This document shows, one piece after another, positions 18,130-27,189 of a stretch of DNA of 61,285 nucleotides. The notes beneath the pieces are model-generated. The model saw nothing but the letters and a program-made list of their open reading frames with translations. It was not told where the DNA came from and did no database searches. The position numbers and the translations under genes were made by a program. Numbering within the stretch: position 1 is the stretch's first letter; the number at the start of each line of letters is the position of its first letter. The DNA is from an uncultured Anaerolinea sp. (lineage in GTDB: Bacteria > Chloroflexota > Limnocylindria > Limnocylindrales > CSP1-4), in NCBI GenBank assembly GCA_964625345.1, contig CAZVDO010000004.1:14291-75575 (forward strand), given 5' to 3'.

Positions 18130-19029
18130 TCAGAGGGACCGCAGGTCCGCGAGCACCGTCCGGCCGAGCAGGTCGAGCTTGTCCACCCGCCAGACGTCGC
18201 GAACGCTGAACAGGACGTGCTGGGCCCCGGCGTCGGCGAGCTCGGCAAAGCGCTCGGTGACCTGGGCCGGCGTCTCGGCGCCGTCCCGCCCGTCGCGGTC
18301 CACGTGGAGGTTCGATTGGAGCGTGCTGCGCTCGATCGCCTCGTAGGGCCGCCCGAGGTCCTCGCAGTGCCGGCGCAGGACCTCGTATTTGTGGTGGATC
18401 TTCTCCGGCCCACCGAAGACGTTGCACGCGTCCCCGTAGCGAGCGACGAGCCGAAGTGTCTTCTGCTCGCCGCCGCCGCCGATCATGATCGGGATGCGCG
18501 GCCGGCTCAGCGCCTGTGGAGCATTGAGGAGCCGGCTCGCACGGACGTGATGGCCGACGAGTTCCTCCTCCGACCCCCGTCCGCCCTGCCACATCCCGTG
18601 GGCCATCCGGAGGGTGTCCTCGAGGAGCTCAAACCTCGTTCCGAGCGGCGGGAATGGGAACCCGAGTGCCGCCGATTCCTCCTGGTTCCAGGCGGCCCCG
18701 ATGCCGAACCAGGCACGCCCGCCGGACAGGACGTCGAGCGTGGTCGTGGCCTTCACCCACAGTCCGGGCTGCCGGTAGTGGATACCGCCGACCATGAGGC
18801 CCAGCCGGGCCCGCGACGAGTGGGCCGCCATGTAGCCGAGGGCGGTCATGCCATCGAGCATCGGCTCCTCCGGGCGGCCGACGCTGCGGATCTGGAAGAA
18901 GTGGTCCATGACCCAGATCGAATCGAAGCCCGCGTCGTCGGCCGCGCGCACCACGCGGGCCAGCGTCGGCCCGATTTCGGCGTCACCGCCGGGCCACGTG
19001 AACGAGCTGATCTGGAGGCCGAACTTCAT
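18130..19029 (-). CDS. LLM-class F420-dependent oxidoreductase
   Basis: 299-aa ORF: MKFGLQISSFTWPG...AGFDSIWVMDHFFQIR...GGRAWFGIGAAWNQEE, typical of luciferase-like monooxygenase / F420 enzymes. Confidence 0.88.
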   Translation of the reverse strand: MKFGLQISSFTWPGGDAEIGPTLARVVRAADDAGFDSIWVMDHFFQIRSVGRPEEPMLDGMTALGYMAAHSSRARLGLMVGGIHYRQPGLWVKATTTLDVLSGGRAWFGIGAAWNQEESAALGFPFPPLGTRFELLEDTLRMAHGMWQGGRGSEEELVGHHVRASRLLNAPQALSRPRIPIMIGGGGEQKTLRLVARYGDACNVFGGPEKIHHKYEVLRRHCEDLGRPYEAIERSTLQSNLHVDRDGRDGAETPAQVTERFAELADAGAQHVLFSVRDVWRVDKLDLLGRTVLADLRSL

Positions 19030-19143
19030 CTCACCCCTCGGATTGTTGCGCCCGCAAGCGTATCGCGACCGGGCTTGGGGCGAGCGAGCGCGGGCGGGCG
19101 ACCGCCGGCCGGCCGGCCGCGCGCCGGACGCGGGGCGTGTCGG

Positions 19144-19947
19144 CTACCGGAAGAGGTCGAAGGAGGCCGGCATGATGGCGTCCCGGATCGAACCCTCGCC
19201 GCGGGTGTACGCGGCCCCGCGGATCAGCGCCACCGGCCGTCCCGCCACCTTGCCGAGGGCCAGTTCCGCGGCGGAGGCGAGTTCGTCGGCCACGGCCCGG
19301 ATCGTCGACTTCATCACGCGTCCATCGGCGTCCGGGGAACCCCGGAGGTCCTCGATCGGCAGCAACCCCGAGACGCCGATCGCGACGTCGACGATGCCCC
19401 ATCGCCACGGACGGCCGAAGGAATCGCTGACCACCACCGGCACGTCGACCCCGTGCGCGTGCCGGACCGCCGCCCGGATCGCCCCGGCCGAGGCGTCGGA
19501 ATCGCGAGGCAGGAGCGTGACCACGGTGCCGCTGGCCGGTCCGACGTTGCTGGCATCGATGCCGCCGTTGGCACAGATGAAGCCGTGCTCGGTCTCCGTG
19601 ATGAGCACGCCGTTGGCCATGCGAACGACGCGTCGTGCCTCCCGCAGGACGACTTCGATCTGGCGTGGGTCGCGGTCCCACCGCTCGGCGAAGGCGACCG
19701 CCTCCGGTCGCGGCATCACGGTCGTCAGGTCGACGAGGGCGCCCTCGGCCTTGGAGACGATCTTCTGCGTCACGACGAGCACATCGCCGGCGGTGAGCGG
19801 CAGCGCGCCGGCCGTCTCGGTGAGCGCGCCCGCGACCAGGGTCCCGAGGTCGTCACCGGGCACGACCTCAGGGATGCCGTCGAGGGCCAGGACGGTGACC
19901 GGTCCGGCCGGGTTCGCGGGCGGCACGGGGCGGGGGTCAGGCGGCAC
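19144..19947 (-). CDS. cofE: Coenzyme F420-0:L-glutamate ligase, stand-alone CofE type
   Basis: ORF 19144-19995. In-frame GTG 19947 has gaggg 5 nt upstream (GTG 19926 and ATG 19995 are alternatives). Motif DVLVVTQKIVSKAEG. At most 283 aa, so there is no second domain. Confidence 0.88.
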   Translation of the reverse strand: MPPDPRPVPPANPAGPVTVLALDGIPEVVPGDDLGTLVAGALTETAGALPLTAGDVLVVTQKIVSKAEGALVDLTTVMPRPEAVAFAERWDRDPRQIEVVLREARRVVRMANGVLITETEHGFICANGGIDASNVGPASGTVVTLLPRDSDASAGAIRAAVRHAHGVDVPVVVSDSFGRPWRWGIVDVAIGVSGLLPIEDLRGSPDADGRVMKSTIRAVADELASAAELALGKVAGRPVALIRGAAYTRGEGSIRDAIMPASFDLFR

Positions 19948-20593
19948 CGCGGCCCTCGCTCCCGTTCGGTGCCTCGGCGTGGACGAGCTCGGCACGCACG
20001 AGGTCGGCTGGCGTGTCGACGTCGAGGGTCAGTGGGCCGCCGAGCACCACGAGCGGCGCGTTGGCCGCGCGTGCCGCGCGTCGGTGCAGGTCGAAGCTGC
20101 CCTCCCCGAACGCGGGGTCGATGACGTCGGGCGGCTCGAGGTAGAGCACGTTCGTGCCCTCGCCCCGGCGGTCACCGACGATGCCCACGACGCGGCCGCT
20201 TCGCACGCCGGCCCGGGCCTCGGCGACCACGGCGTCGATCGCGGCCGCCCCGATCGCGGCGAGGTCGATCGGCACGATCAGGACCGCCTGCGCGCCTGCC
20301 CCCATGGCCGCCGCGCGGCCCTCTCGCAGGGCGGCATTCAGCCCGGGCAGTCGCTGGACGATGGCGCGCGCCCCCTCGTCGCGGGCCAGGTCCGCCGCGG
20401 CAGGATCGGCCGTCACGAGGATCGTGCCGGAGAGGGTCACGGCGTCCCTCGTTGCCGCGAGCGTGCGGCGGGCCATCGAGGTCACGAGCTCGAGGCGCTC
20501 CTCCGCATCGAGCTCGCCGCCGAGCCGGGTCTTCGCGTCCTCGAGTCCACGCAGCGGCACGATGGCCCAGGTCGCGGCGGGCAGCTCGGTCAT
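19937..20593 (-). CDS. cofC: 2-phospho-L-lactate (or PEP/3PG) guanylyltransferase
   Basis: 218-aa ORF: WAIVPLRGLEDAKTRLGGELDAEERLELVTSMARRTL. ATGA overlap with the cofD stop. Confidence 0.85.
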   Translation of the reverse strand: MTELPAATWAIVPLRGLEDAKTRLGGELDAEERLELVTSMARRTLAATRDAVTLSGTILVTADPAAADLARDEGARAIVQRLPGLNAALREGRAAAMGAGAQAVLIVPIDLAAIGAAAIDAVVAEARAGVRSGRVVGIVGDRRGEGTNVLYLEPPDVIDPAFGEGSFDLHRRAARAANAPLVVLGGPLTLDVDTPADLVRAELVHAEAPNGSEGRGAA

Positions 20594-21603
20594 GCGCCGC
20601 CCCGTGCCGCATACCCTCGCGCCGGGTCCCCTCCGCTGACGTCCCGTCGGGCCACGCCGAGCGCGTGGAGGACCACGCCCCCGATGCGGCGTCGGGCGTC
20701 GTCGTCGACCAGCATCGTGTCCGTCACGAGCGCGGCCATGCCGAGCTGCTCGATGGCCGGCGCGAGGTCGGCATCGACCTCGTCGAGCACGAACAGGTCG
20801 ACGAACCCCGCGAGGCGTCGGGCGACGGCAAGGGCACTCGGCGCTTCACCGGCAAGGGCGGCGAACATCCGGTCCGCCGGGCCCTTGATCGCCCGGCCGC
20901 CCACGATGCCCGACATCGCGGCGACCGGAACGCCTCGACCGCGCGCCGCCTCGACGGCCTCCCGCATGCCCGGCACGGCCAGGATCGGGTCAAGCGAGAC
21001 GAACGGGTTGGAGGGCGCCATCACCACGGCATCGGCTCGCTCCAGGGCGTCGAGCACCTCGGGGGTCGGGCGGGCGGCCCCGATCCCGTCGAACCGGACC
21101 TCGTGGACGAGCGGCTCCTGGTGCCGGCCCACGAACCACGCCTGGAAGTCCAGCCAGCCGGCATCGGTCCTGACCCGGGTCCGCACGGGCTCGTCGGCCA
21201 TGGGCAGGATCCTGGCGGGCACCTCCAGCGCGGCCTGCAGGGACAGCGCGACCGTCGTCGGCCGCAGGCCCTCGCGCAGGCGCGCGGTCCGGACGACGTG
21301 GGTCGCGAGATCACGGTCGCCCAGCCGGAACCACGTCTCCTCGCCATACCGGGCGAGCATCCCCGCGGCCGCGAACGTTTCACCCTCGACTCCCCAGCCC
21401 CAGGCGCGGTTGTCGATGCCGGCGAGCGTGTACAGGAGCGTGTCGTGGTCCGGCCAGACCGCGAGCCCGTGGCGCTCGAGATCGTCGCCGGTGTTGACCA
21501 CGACCGTCAGGTCCGGCCCGAGGTGGGCCATGAGGCCGCTCGCGAGCCGCGCACCGCCGACGCCGCCGGCGAGCTCCACGACCTGTGGCCCGCGCTCAAC
21601 CAT
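20590..21603 (-). CDS. cofD: 2-phospho-L-lactate transferase
   Basis: 337-aa ORF: VVELAGGVGGARLASGL...VVNTGDD...HGLAVWPDHDTLLYTLAG. Confidence 0.92.
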   Translation of the reverse strand: MVERGPQVVELAGGVGGARLASGLMAHLGPDLTVVVNTGDDLERHGLAVWPDHDTLLYTLAGIDNRAWGWGVEGETFAAAGMLARYGEETWFRLGDRDLATHVVRTARLREGLRPTTVALSLQAALEVPARILPMADEPVRTRVRTDAGWLDFQAWFVGRHQEPLVHEVRFDGIGAARPTPEVLDALERADAVVMAPSNPFVSLDPILAVPGMREAVEAARGRGVPVAAMSGIVGGRAIKGPADRMFAALAGEAPSALAVARRLAGFVDLFVLDEVDADLAPAIEQLGMAALVTDTMLVDDDARRRIGGVVLHALGVARRDVSGGDPARGYAARGGA

Positions 21604-22546
21604 CGTCGAGCAGGTCGCCGACCTCGCCGATCCGCTCGATCGTCTCGAGGTCGTAGGGAGCCGGCAGGCGAACGATCACGTTCCGGAACCCGAGCTCGAC
21701 GTACGGCCGGATCGCGGCGGCCGCCTCGGCCGGCGTGCCGATCAGGTGGGGGACGGGACCGGCCTGCACGATGCCGTTGTGGGCGGCGATGCGCTGCCAG
21801 GCGAGCTCGGCCTCGCGGGCGACGTCGCGCAGGAGGATCGGGAAGCTGATCGTCAGCTCGATCGCCGAGCGATCGCGCTCGACCGCGGCGCAGTGCTCGT
21901 CGAGGATCGCGAGGCGGGCCGTGACCTCCTCGAGCGTCCCGGCCGTGTTCCATCCGTCGCCCCGCGCGGCGACGGTCCGGAGGGTTCGGCGCGGGCCCGA
22001 GCCGCCGATGAGGATCGGCAGGCGTGCCTGGATGGGTCGCGGCTCGCAGCGGGCCTCGTGCATCGTGTAGTGCTCGCCCTGGTGGGTGACCGTCTCGCCG
22101 TCGAGCAGGCGGCGCAGGAGCGCGACCGATTCGTCCAGCCAGGCCAGGCGCTCGCCGACGGTCGACCCGAACGGGATCCCGAAGGCATCGTGCTCGCGCT
22201 CGAACCAGGCGCCCCCGATCCCGAGCACGGCCCGGCCGCCCGACACGTGGTCGAGCGTCGTCGCGAGCTTCGCCGTCAGGCCGGGATTGCGGAACGTGTT
22301 GGCCCCGACCATGAGCCCGACCCGGGCCCGATCGGTGACCGCCGCAAGGGCGCCGAGCGCCGTCCAGCCCTCGAAGATCGGCTGTTCCCACGGCCCGAAA
22401 ATGGCGAGCAGGTGGTCCCACGTCCAGATCGCGTCCCAGCCGCTCCGGTCGGCCAGGATCGCGGCGTCTCGGAACTCGGTCCAGCTCGCCGCCTGCGACC
22501 AGAGCTGCGCCCCGAATCGCACCGCGGGCTCAGGCGTCGAGGTCAC
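21596..22546 (-). CDS. LLM-class F420-dependent oxidoreductase
   Basis: ORF 21596-22654 trimmed to GTG 22546, 10 nt after the PPOX stop (GTG 22516 also possible). Sequence: VRFGAQLW...GWDAIWTWDHLL...GGRAVLGIGGAWFEREHDAFG. Confidence 0.88.
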   Translation of the reverse strand: MTSTPEPAVRFGAQLWSQAASWTEFRDAAILADRSGWDAIWTWDHLLAIFGPWEQPIFEGWTALGALAAVTDRARVGLMVGANTFRNPGLTAKLATTLDHVSGGRAVLGIGGAWFEREHDAFGIPFGSTVGERLAWLDESVALLRRLLDGETVTHQGEHYTMHEARCEPRPIQARLPILIGGSGPRRTLRTVAARGDGWNTAGTLEEVTARLAILDEHCAAVERDRSAIELTISFPILLRDVAREAELAWQRIAAHNGIVQAGPVPHLIGTPAEAAAAIRPYVELGFRNVIVRLPAPYDLETIERIGEVGDLLDDG

Positions 22547-22556
22547 CGACGCGGCC

Positions 22557-23003
22557 TCACGCGAGGTGGTCGTGGACGCGTGCGATCCGGATTCGGAAGC
22601 TGATCCGCGCCTGGGTCCGGAACTCCGCCAGCGTCGCCGGATCGTCGTCCGCATAGCGCACGGCGAGGTCGCAGATGTCCTGTCGCGCCTGCTCGAGGTC
22701 CGCGATCACGGTCTCGACCGCACCTTCGATCCCGACCCACCGGAGGCCGTCGTCCGGGTCAACGACAGCGAGCGACACGCGCCCGTCGCGCTGGAGGTCG
22801 GCCGGCCACCGGCGCGGGAATCGGCTGTTGAGCAGGATCCGGTCATCCGGGTCCAGCCGGAACCAGGCGGCCGCCTGGTGGGGTTCACCGCCGGCACCCG
22901 TTGTCGCCACGACGGCGACGAGCGGCCGTTCAAGGAACGCTCGAACCTGGTCTGAGATTGAGGCCGGCGCATCGGGCGCCGCGCCCGTCCGAGGAGGGTT
23001 CAT
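22557..23003 (-). CDS. PPOX-class (pyridoxamine-5'-phosphate-oxidase-like) probable F420-dependent enzyme
   Basis: 148-aa ORF: VRAFLERPLVAVVATTGAGGEPHQAAAWFRLDPDDRILLNS...GRVSLAVVD. Confidence 0.82.
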   Translation of the reverse strand: MNPPRTGAAPDAPASISDQVRAFLERPLVAVVATTGAGGEPHQAAAWFRLDPDDRILLNSRFPRRWPADLQRDGRVSLAVVDPDDGLRWVGIEGAVETVIADLEQARQDICDLAVRYADDDPATLAEFRTQARISFRIRIARVHDHLA

Positions 23004-23021
23004 GGGCCGATGGTAGAGCCT

Positions 23022-23564
23022 TCAGGCGAGCGACCGCCGGTACCGCACTTCCTCGATCGGGCTCCCCTCGAAGTCGAGGATCCGGGCGGCTCCGTCGGGC
23101 TCGAACCCGCGTGCCTCATAGAACCGACGGGCCGGTTCGTTGGCGGTCAGGACCCAGAGCACCGCGGCCGCGAATCCTGACCCGGCGAGGCGCCGGCAGG
23201 TCGCCTCGAGCAGGCGCGTGCCCAGCCCGTTCCCGCGCGCTTCCGGTGCGAGGTAGATCGCCTCCACCTCGCCCAGGCCGGCGGCGTCGTCATCGCGCGC
23301 CGGGCCCGCCACGGCGTACCCGCGGATGACTTTCGCCTGCTCGATGACCAGGAGTTCGGCTCCCATCGACCCCTGGGCGAGGCGACGCGCGAACCAGGCT
23401 GCGTTCCGGCCCGGATCCATGCGGGCGAGGATGGCGGCCGGGACGACGCCGTCGTAGGTGGCCCGCCACGCCGCGACCCGGATGGCGCCGATCGCCGGCG
23501 TATCCGCTTCGGTTGCGTCGCGCACCCGGATTCCCGGGTCGCGCGAGGCGCCCGGTGCCGTCAC
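23022..23564 (-). CDS. GNAT-family N-acetyltransferase
   Basis: ORF 23022-23675 trimmed to GTG 23564, 4 nt after the DUF1684 stop. Acetyl-CoA motif IYLAPEARGNGLGTRLLE and RRFYEARGFE. Confidence 0.85.
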   Translation of the reverse strand: MTAPGASRDPGIRVRDATEADTPAIGAIRVAAWRATYDGVVPAAILARMDPGRNAAWFARRLAQGSMGAELLVIEQAKVIRGYAVAGPARDDDAAGLGEVEAIYLAPEARGNGLGTRLLEATCRRLAGSGFAAAVLWVLTANEPARRFYEARGFEPDGAARILDFEGSPIEEVRYRRSLA

Positions 23565-23568
23565 GCGG

Positions 23569-24300
23569 TCACGCGATGCGCTCGCCGGCCTCGATCCGCA
23601 GGTCGAGCCGATTCTCCGGGGGCGACAGCGGGCACGCCCACCGTGGGTCGAACGCGCATGACGGCTGGTAGGCAAAGTTGAAGTCGAGGATCAGCCGCGA
23701 CCGCACCGACGGGGACGCGCCCGCGCCGCCGCCGCCGACCGATCTCGTGCCCGGGGCGGCGCTCGTCTCGTCGAGGGAGCCGAGATCGGCGCTCTTGGCC
23801 GCATCGAGGAGATACCGGCCGGCGCCGTACGTCTCCGCCCCGTTGGTCGCGTCGCGGAACGGGAGGAAAAGTCCCCCCGCGTAGCCACGCATCCAGAACA
23901 CCGTGAGGCGCCGGCGGCCCGCCGGGAACGGGACCTCGACGTGTCCAAGGCCCGCGAAGTCCATGCCGTCGCCGTGGCTCATGGGCAGGATGGGCGTCGC
24001 GCCCAGTGCCGGCGCCCGGCCGGCCAGCCCCTCGCCGGCGTCCACGGTGGCGCCGGTCACCTCCACCTCGAAGTGAAGATCCGGGTCGTACGGCCAGTAA
24101 CGGCTAGTGAACCTGGCCCGCTCGCTCGCCGGCACGGGCGATTGCGAGTGCTCCCGGTACAGGCGGTCGCGTCCCTCACGCCATGCCTCCCAGGCGCGCT
24201 CGGCATCGAGTGGCAGCAACGCCCGCACGCCGGCGTACAGGTCGGCGACCCGGCGCCGCCAGTCCGCCAGCGCCAGGAGGTCGAGCGGGTCGTCGTTCAC
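23569..24300 (-). CDS. DUF1684-domain protein
   Basis: 243-aa ORF with a GTG start. FLPFRDATNGAETYGAGRYLLD and DFNFAYQPSCAFDPRWACPLSPPENRL match my memory of DUF1684. Confidence 0.82.
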   Translation of the reverse strand: MNDDPLDLLALADWRRRVADLYAGVRALLPLDAERAWEAWREGRDRLYREHSQSPVPASERARFTSRYWPYDPDLHFEVEVTGATVDAGEGLAGRAPALGATPILPMSHGDGMDFAGLGHVEVPFPAGRRRLTVFWMRGYAGGLFLPFRDATNGAETYGAGRYLLDAAKSADLGSLDETSAAPGTRSVGGGGAGASPSVRSRLILDFNFAYQPSCAFDPRWACPLSPPENRLDLRIEAGERIA

Positions 24301-24316
24301 GGGTGCGGCTGGTCCG

Positions 24317-24736
24317 TCACGCGCGGCGGCGCCCCCGGACGATGACCAGGAGCCCGAGTCCGATGAGCAGGATGGGCCAGAGTTCGGCCCACGCGATGCC
24401 CGGGACGGGAAGGTCCAGGGTCACGCGCAGGAAGAACCAGACCCCGATGGCGAGCAGCACCAGGCCCCAGGCGCGCGCCGCGACGTCGCCGGCCGCGCGG
24501 ACGTCCGGGTTCGCCGCGAGGCGCTGCGCCGCGGCCTCGGCCTCGTGCCCGAGTTGCTCGGCCCGCAGCCCGATGAGCGCCCCGGCTCCCGGTTGGGCGG
24601 GGCCGGGCTGCGGCGCCACCGGTGGTGCCGGCGCCGCGGATGGGCCCACTCCGCCGCCCGACGGAGGCGGCGCGCCGACCGGCGAGGGAGACGGGACCGT
24701 TTCGGGTTCCTGGGGCGGGTCGTTGGGCATCGTCAT
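24317..24736 (-). CDS. Small Pro-rich membrane protein (two C-terminal TM helices)
   Basis: C-terminal 139 codons of ORF 24317-26722. ATG 24736 follows ggagg: MTMPNDPPQEPETVPSPSP...AWGLVLLAIGVWFFLRV...LWPILLIGLGLLVIVRGRRRA. The competing ORF 24297-24770 is R/G/P-rich junk. Confidence 0.6.
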   Translation of the reverse strand: MTMPNDPPQEPETVPSPSPVGAPPPSGGGVGPSAAPAPPVAPQPGPAQPGAGALIGLRAEQLGHEAEAAAQRLAANPDVRAAGDVAARAWGLVLLAIGVWFFLRVTLDLPVPGIAWAELWPILLIGLGLLVIVRGRRRA

Positions 24737-24796
24737 GAGGCACCTCCTGGACGAGCGCGTGCTTCCGCATCCTAGTCCACCGATTCGCCCCTGCAT

Positions 24797-24880
24797 CGTG
24801 CCGTCGGTGCCGGAGTTCGCCGCCGATCGGCCTGACCCCGCGGTCCCCCTACAATCGCCGGGCGCACGGCGTGCCGTCGG
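24797..24880. repeat. 11-nt direct repeat cgtgccgtcgg (24797-24807 and 24870-24880) flanking the mtnP -10 candidate
   Basis: Both copies read directly from the sequence. They lie in the 177-nt divergent intergenic region. Confidence 0.6.
24850..24855 (+). promoter_or_regulatory. Candidate -10 element TACAAT for mtnP
   Basis: TACAAT lies about 58 nt upstream of GTG 24914. gggagga sits 7 nt before the start. No good -35. Confidence 0.35.
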
Positions 24881-24913
24881 GCGAACGAGTGGGACACGAG
24901 GGAGGATCGCAAC

Positions 24914-25765
24914 GTGGGCGACCAGGCGGAGATCGGCGTCTTCGGCGGATCCGGCTTCTACGCCCTGCTCGACGACGTCCGCGAGGTCAAGGTCGACACC
25001 CCGTACGGCGCGCCGTCCGATTCCTTCTTCCTGGCCACGGTGAGCGGCCGCCGCGTCGCCTTCCTGCCGCGGCATGGACGCCGGCACACGATTCCCCCGC
25101 ACCGGATCAACTACCGGGCCAACGTCTGGGCGATGCGCTCGCTCGGGGTGAAGGCCGTCATCTCGCCATGCGCGGCGGGTTCGCTCGCCCTGCGGGTGAA
25201 GCCCGGCGACTTCGTGGTGTGCGACCAGTTCGTCGACCGGACATCGGGCCAGCGCCCGCACACCTTCTACGACGGCCCGATCGTGACCCACCTCTCGTCG
25301 GCCGAGACGTACGACCCGATCCTGCGCCAGCTCGCGATCGACACCATTCGCGACCACGGCATCGAGGTCCACGAACGGGGCACGGTCGTCGTGATCGAGG
25401 GCCCCCGGTTCTCGACGAAGTCCGAATCGAAGTGGTTCTCGGATGCGGGCTGGGAAGTGATCAACATGACCCAGTATCCCGAGGCGTGGCTGTGCCGGGA
25501 GCTCGGCATGGCGGTGGTCAACATCTCGCTGATCACCGACTATGACGCCGGCGTCCACGAGGGCACCGAAGCCGTCGATGCGACGAGCGTGCTCGAGGTC
25601 TTCGCCCAGAACGCGGAGCGGATCCAGCGGGTGGTCATCGACCTCATCGGACGGTTCCCGGCCGACCTCGACGCCCTCGGCGCTCGGGAGGCGCTGGGTC
25701 CGACCCGCGGCGACGGCCACGCCGCCTCGGCGGAGGACATCCGCCTCTTCGAGATCGGTCTCTAG
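24914..25765 (+). CDS. mtnP: S-methyl-5'-thioadenosine phosphorylase
   Basis: 283-aa ORF: IGVFGGSGFY...TPYGAPSD...AFLPRHGRRHTIPPHRINYRANVWAMRSLGV. Confidence 0.92.
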   Translation: MGDQAEIGVFGGSGFYALLDDVREVKVDTPYGAPSDSFFLATVSGRRVAFLPRHGRRHTIPPHRINYRANVWAMRSLGVKAVISPCAAGSLALRVKPGDFVVCDQFVDRTSGQRPHTFYDGPIVTHLSSAETYDPILRQLAIDTIRDHGIEVHERGTVVVIEGPRFSTKSESKWFSDAGWEVINMTQYPEAWLCRELGMAVVNISLITDYDAGVHEGTEAVDATSVLEVFAQNAERIQRVVIDLIGRFPADLDALGAREALGPTRGDGHAASAEDIRLFEIGL

Positions 25766-25771
25766 CGCCGC

Positions 25772-26614
25772 ATGACGGCGCCGGGTGACCTCCGGATCGG
25801 GGTCGCGCTTGGATCCGTCGGCGCCGACGCCCGGTGGTGGATCGAGAGCGCAGCGCGCCTGGACGAGGCCGGATACCACGCGGTCTGGTGCTGGGATCAC
25901 CTCGTCGGCAAGGGGGACCGGACCGTTCCCGTCCTCGAGCAGTGGACGACCCTCGCCGCCGCCGCCGCGGTGACCCGACGGATCGGCGTCGGATCCTGGG
26001 TGGCCGACGTCATGCACCGCCACCCGGCGATGCTCGCCCGGGAAGCCGCCACCGTCCAGCAGCTCAGCAGCGGGCGCCTCACCGTCGGGATCGGGATCGG
26101 CGGCGCGGACCGCGGGCACGCGGCGTATGACATGCCCTTTCCGGAGCCGGCCGAGCGTGCGGCCCGCCTCGAGGAGGCCGTGGCGATGATCCGCGCCCTC
26201 TGGACGGGCGGCCCGGTGACCCTGGCGGGTCGATTCCATTCGCTCGTGGACGCGGTGGCCTTCCCCCGGCCCGAGCCCGTGCCCCGGATCCTCATCGGTG
26301 CCGGTACGCCGGCGGGCGTCAGGCTCGCCGCCCGCGCCGGTGACGGGTGGGCGGCCGAGGAACCGACGTACGAGCGGTTGCGGGACCGCTACCTGGCCGC
26401 CCTCGAGTCCGCCCGCCGGGCGCGGCACGACGTCCGCGTCGTCGTCGGGTTCGGTGGTGGCCGGACCGGCGTCGATGCCCTGGCCGGGAGCCCCTGGATC
26501 GACGATCGGGCGCGCACGGCGGCCCGTTGGGCACGCGCCGGCGCGGACGAGATCGTCGTGACGGCGCGGACGGCCCGCGACGTCGATCGACTGGTGGCCG
26601 TGGGGGGTTCCTGA
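25772..26614 (+). CDS. LLM-class flavin/F420-dependent oxidoreductase
   Basis: 280-aa ORF: AGYHAVWCWDHLVGKG...SGRLTVGIGIGG. Confidence 0.8.
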   Translation: MTAPGDLRIGVALGSVGADARWWIESAARLDEAGYHAVWCWDHLVGKGDRTVPVLEQWTTLAAAAAVTRRIGVGSWVADVMHRHPAMLAREAATVQQLSSGRLTVGIGIGGADRGHAAYDMPFPEPAERAARLEEAVAMIRALWTGGPVTLAGRFHSLVDAVAFPRPEPVPRILIGAGTPAGVRLAARAGDGWAAEEPTYERLRDRYLAALESARRARHDVRVVVGFGGGRTGVDALAGSPWIDDRARTAARWARAGADEIVVTARTARDVDRLVAVGGS

Positions 26615-26706
26615 GCCCGATCCGCCGCGCCTCGCCGGGCCCGGGCGACGCGGGGCGAGGCCCTCGAACTCCCGATCGGCGCGATCGTGGCACCATCGAA
26701 CCACCG

Positions 26707-27189
26707 ATGACCATCCCGACACCCGCGGCCGCGCCTGTCCAGCCCGAGCCGACCCACGGCTGCCTGCGCTGTGGGCGCCCGATCCCGATCCACACCTCGA
26801 TGTGCGAGGCCTGCAATCCGCTCGGCCTCAAGGAGCCGGCCGCGACCCAGGTGCACGCCATCGCCGCGGGCGGCGTGATCCTGTTCGTCCTGTTCCTCGC
26901 GGTCGTCGGGCGCCTCGCGATCGGGGGCAACGGGCCGTTCACCGGCACGGTCGACGGCGTGGCCGCGACCGACGGCGGCCTGGCGGTCACGCTGACCGTC
27001 GCCAACGCCGGGAGCGGAGGCGCCTCCACGACCTGCCTCCTCGTGCCGGCGGATCGGCCCGTGGGCGGACCGAGCCAGCTGGTCCAGACGCCCAAGGTGG
27101 ATGGCGGCACCTCGATCACCTTCACGACGACCGTCGGCGCGTTCGGGACCTCGGCGGTCGCCCTGGCCGTGGACTGCAAGTCGCCGTGA
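26707..27189 (+). CDS. Zinc-ribbon, single-pass membrane protein with extracytoplasmic beta-rich domain
   Basis: Inside ORF 26347-27189. ATG 26707 gives MTIPTPAAAPVQPEPTHGCLRCGRPIPIHTSMCEACNPLG (CxxC...CxxC), a TM segment AIAAGGVILFVLFLAVVGRLAI, then a T/G/V-rich domain. Confidence 0.6.
   Translation: MTIPTPAAAPVQPEPTHGCLRCGRPIPIHTSMCEACNPLGLKEPAATQVHAIAAGGVILFVLFLAVVGRLAIGGNGPFTGTVDGVAATDGGLAVTLTVANAGSGGASTTCLLVPADRPVGGPSQLVQTPKVDGGTSITFTTTVGAFGTSAVALAVDCKSP

Noticed and set aside
18848-22603. 1251-aa + strand ORF
   Set aside because: It is antisense to the LLM, cofE, cofC, cofD and LLM genes. It is Ser/Arg/Pro/Ala-rich with no motif. The same applies to 17149-20124 (+).
24737-26722. Upstream two-thirds of the 801-aa reverse-strand ORF 24317-26722
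   Set aside because: It is antisense to mtnP and the LLM gene. Only the last 139 codons, which have an SD-preceded ATG and TM helices, look like a real gene.
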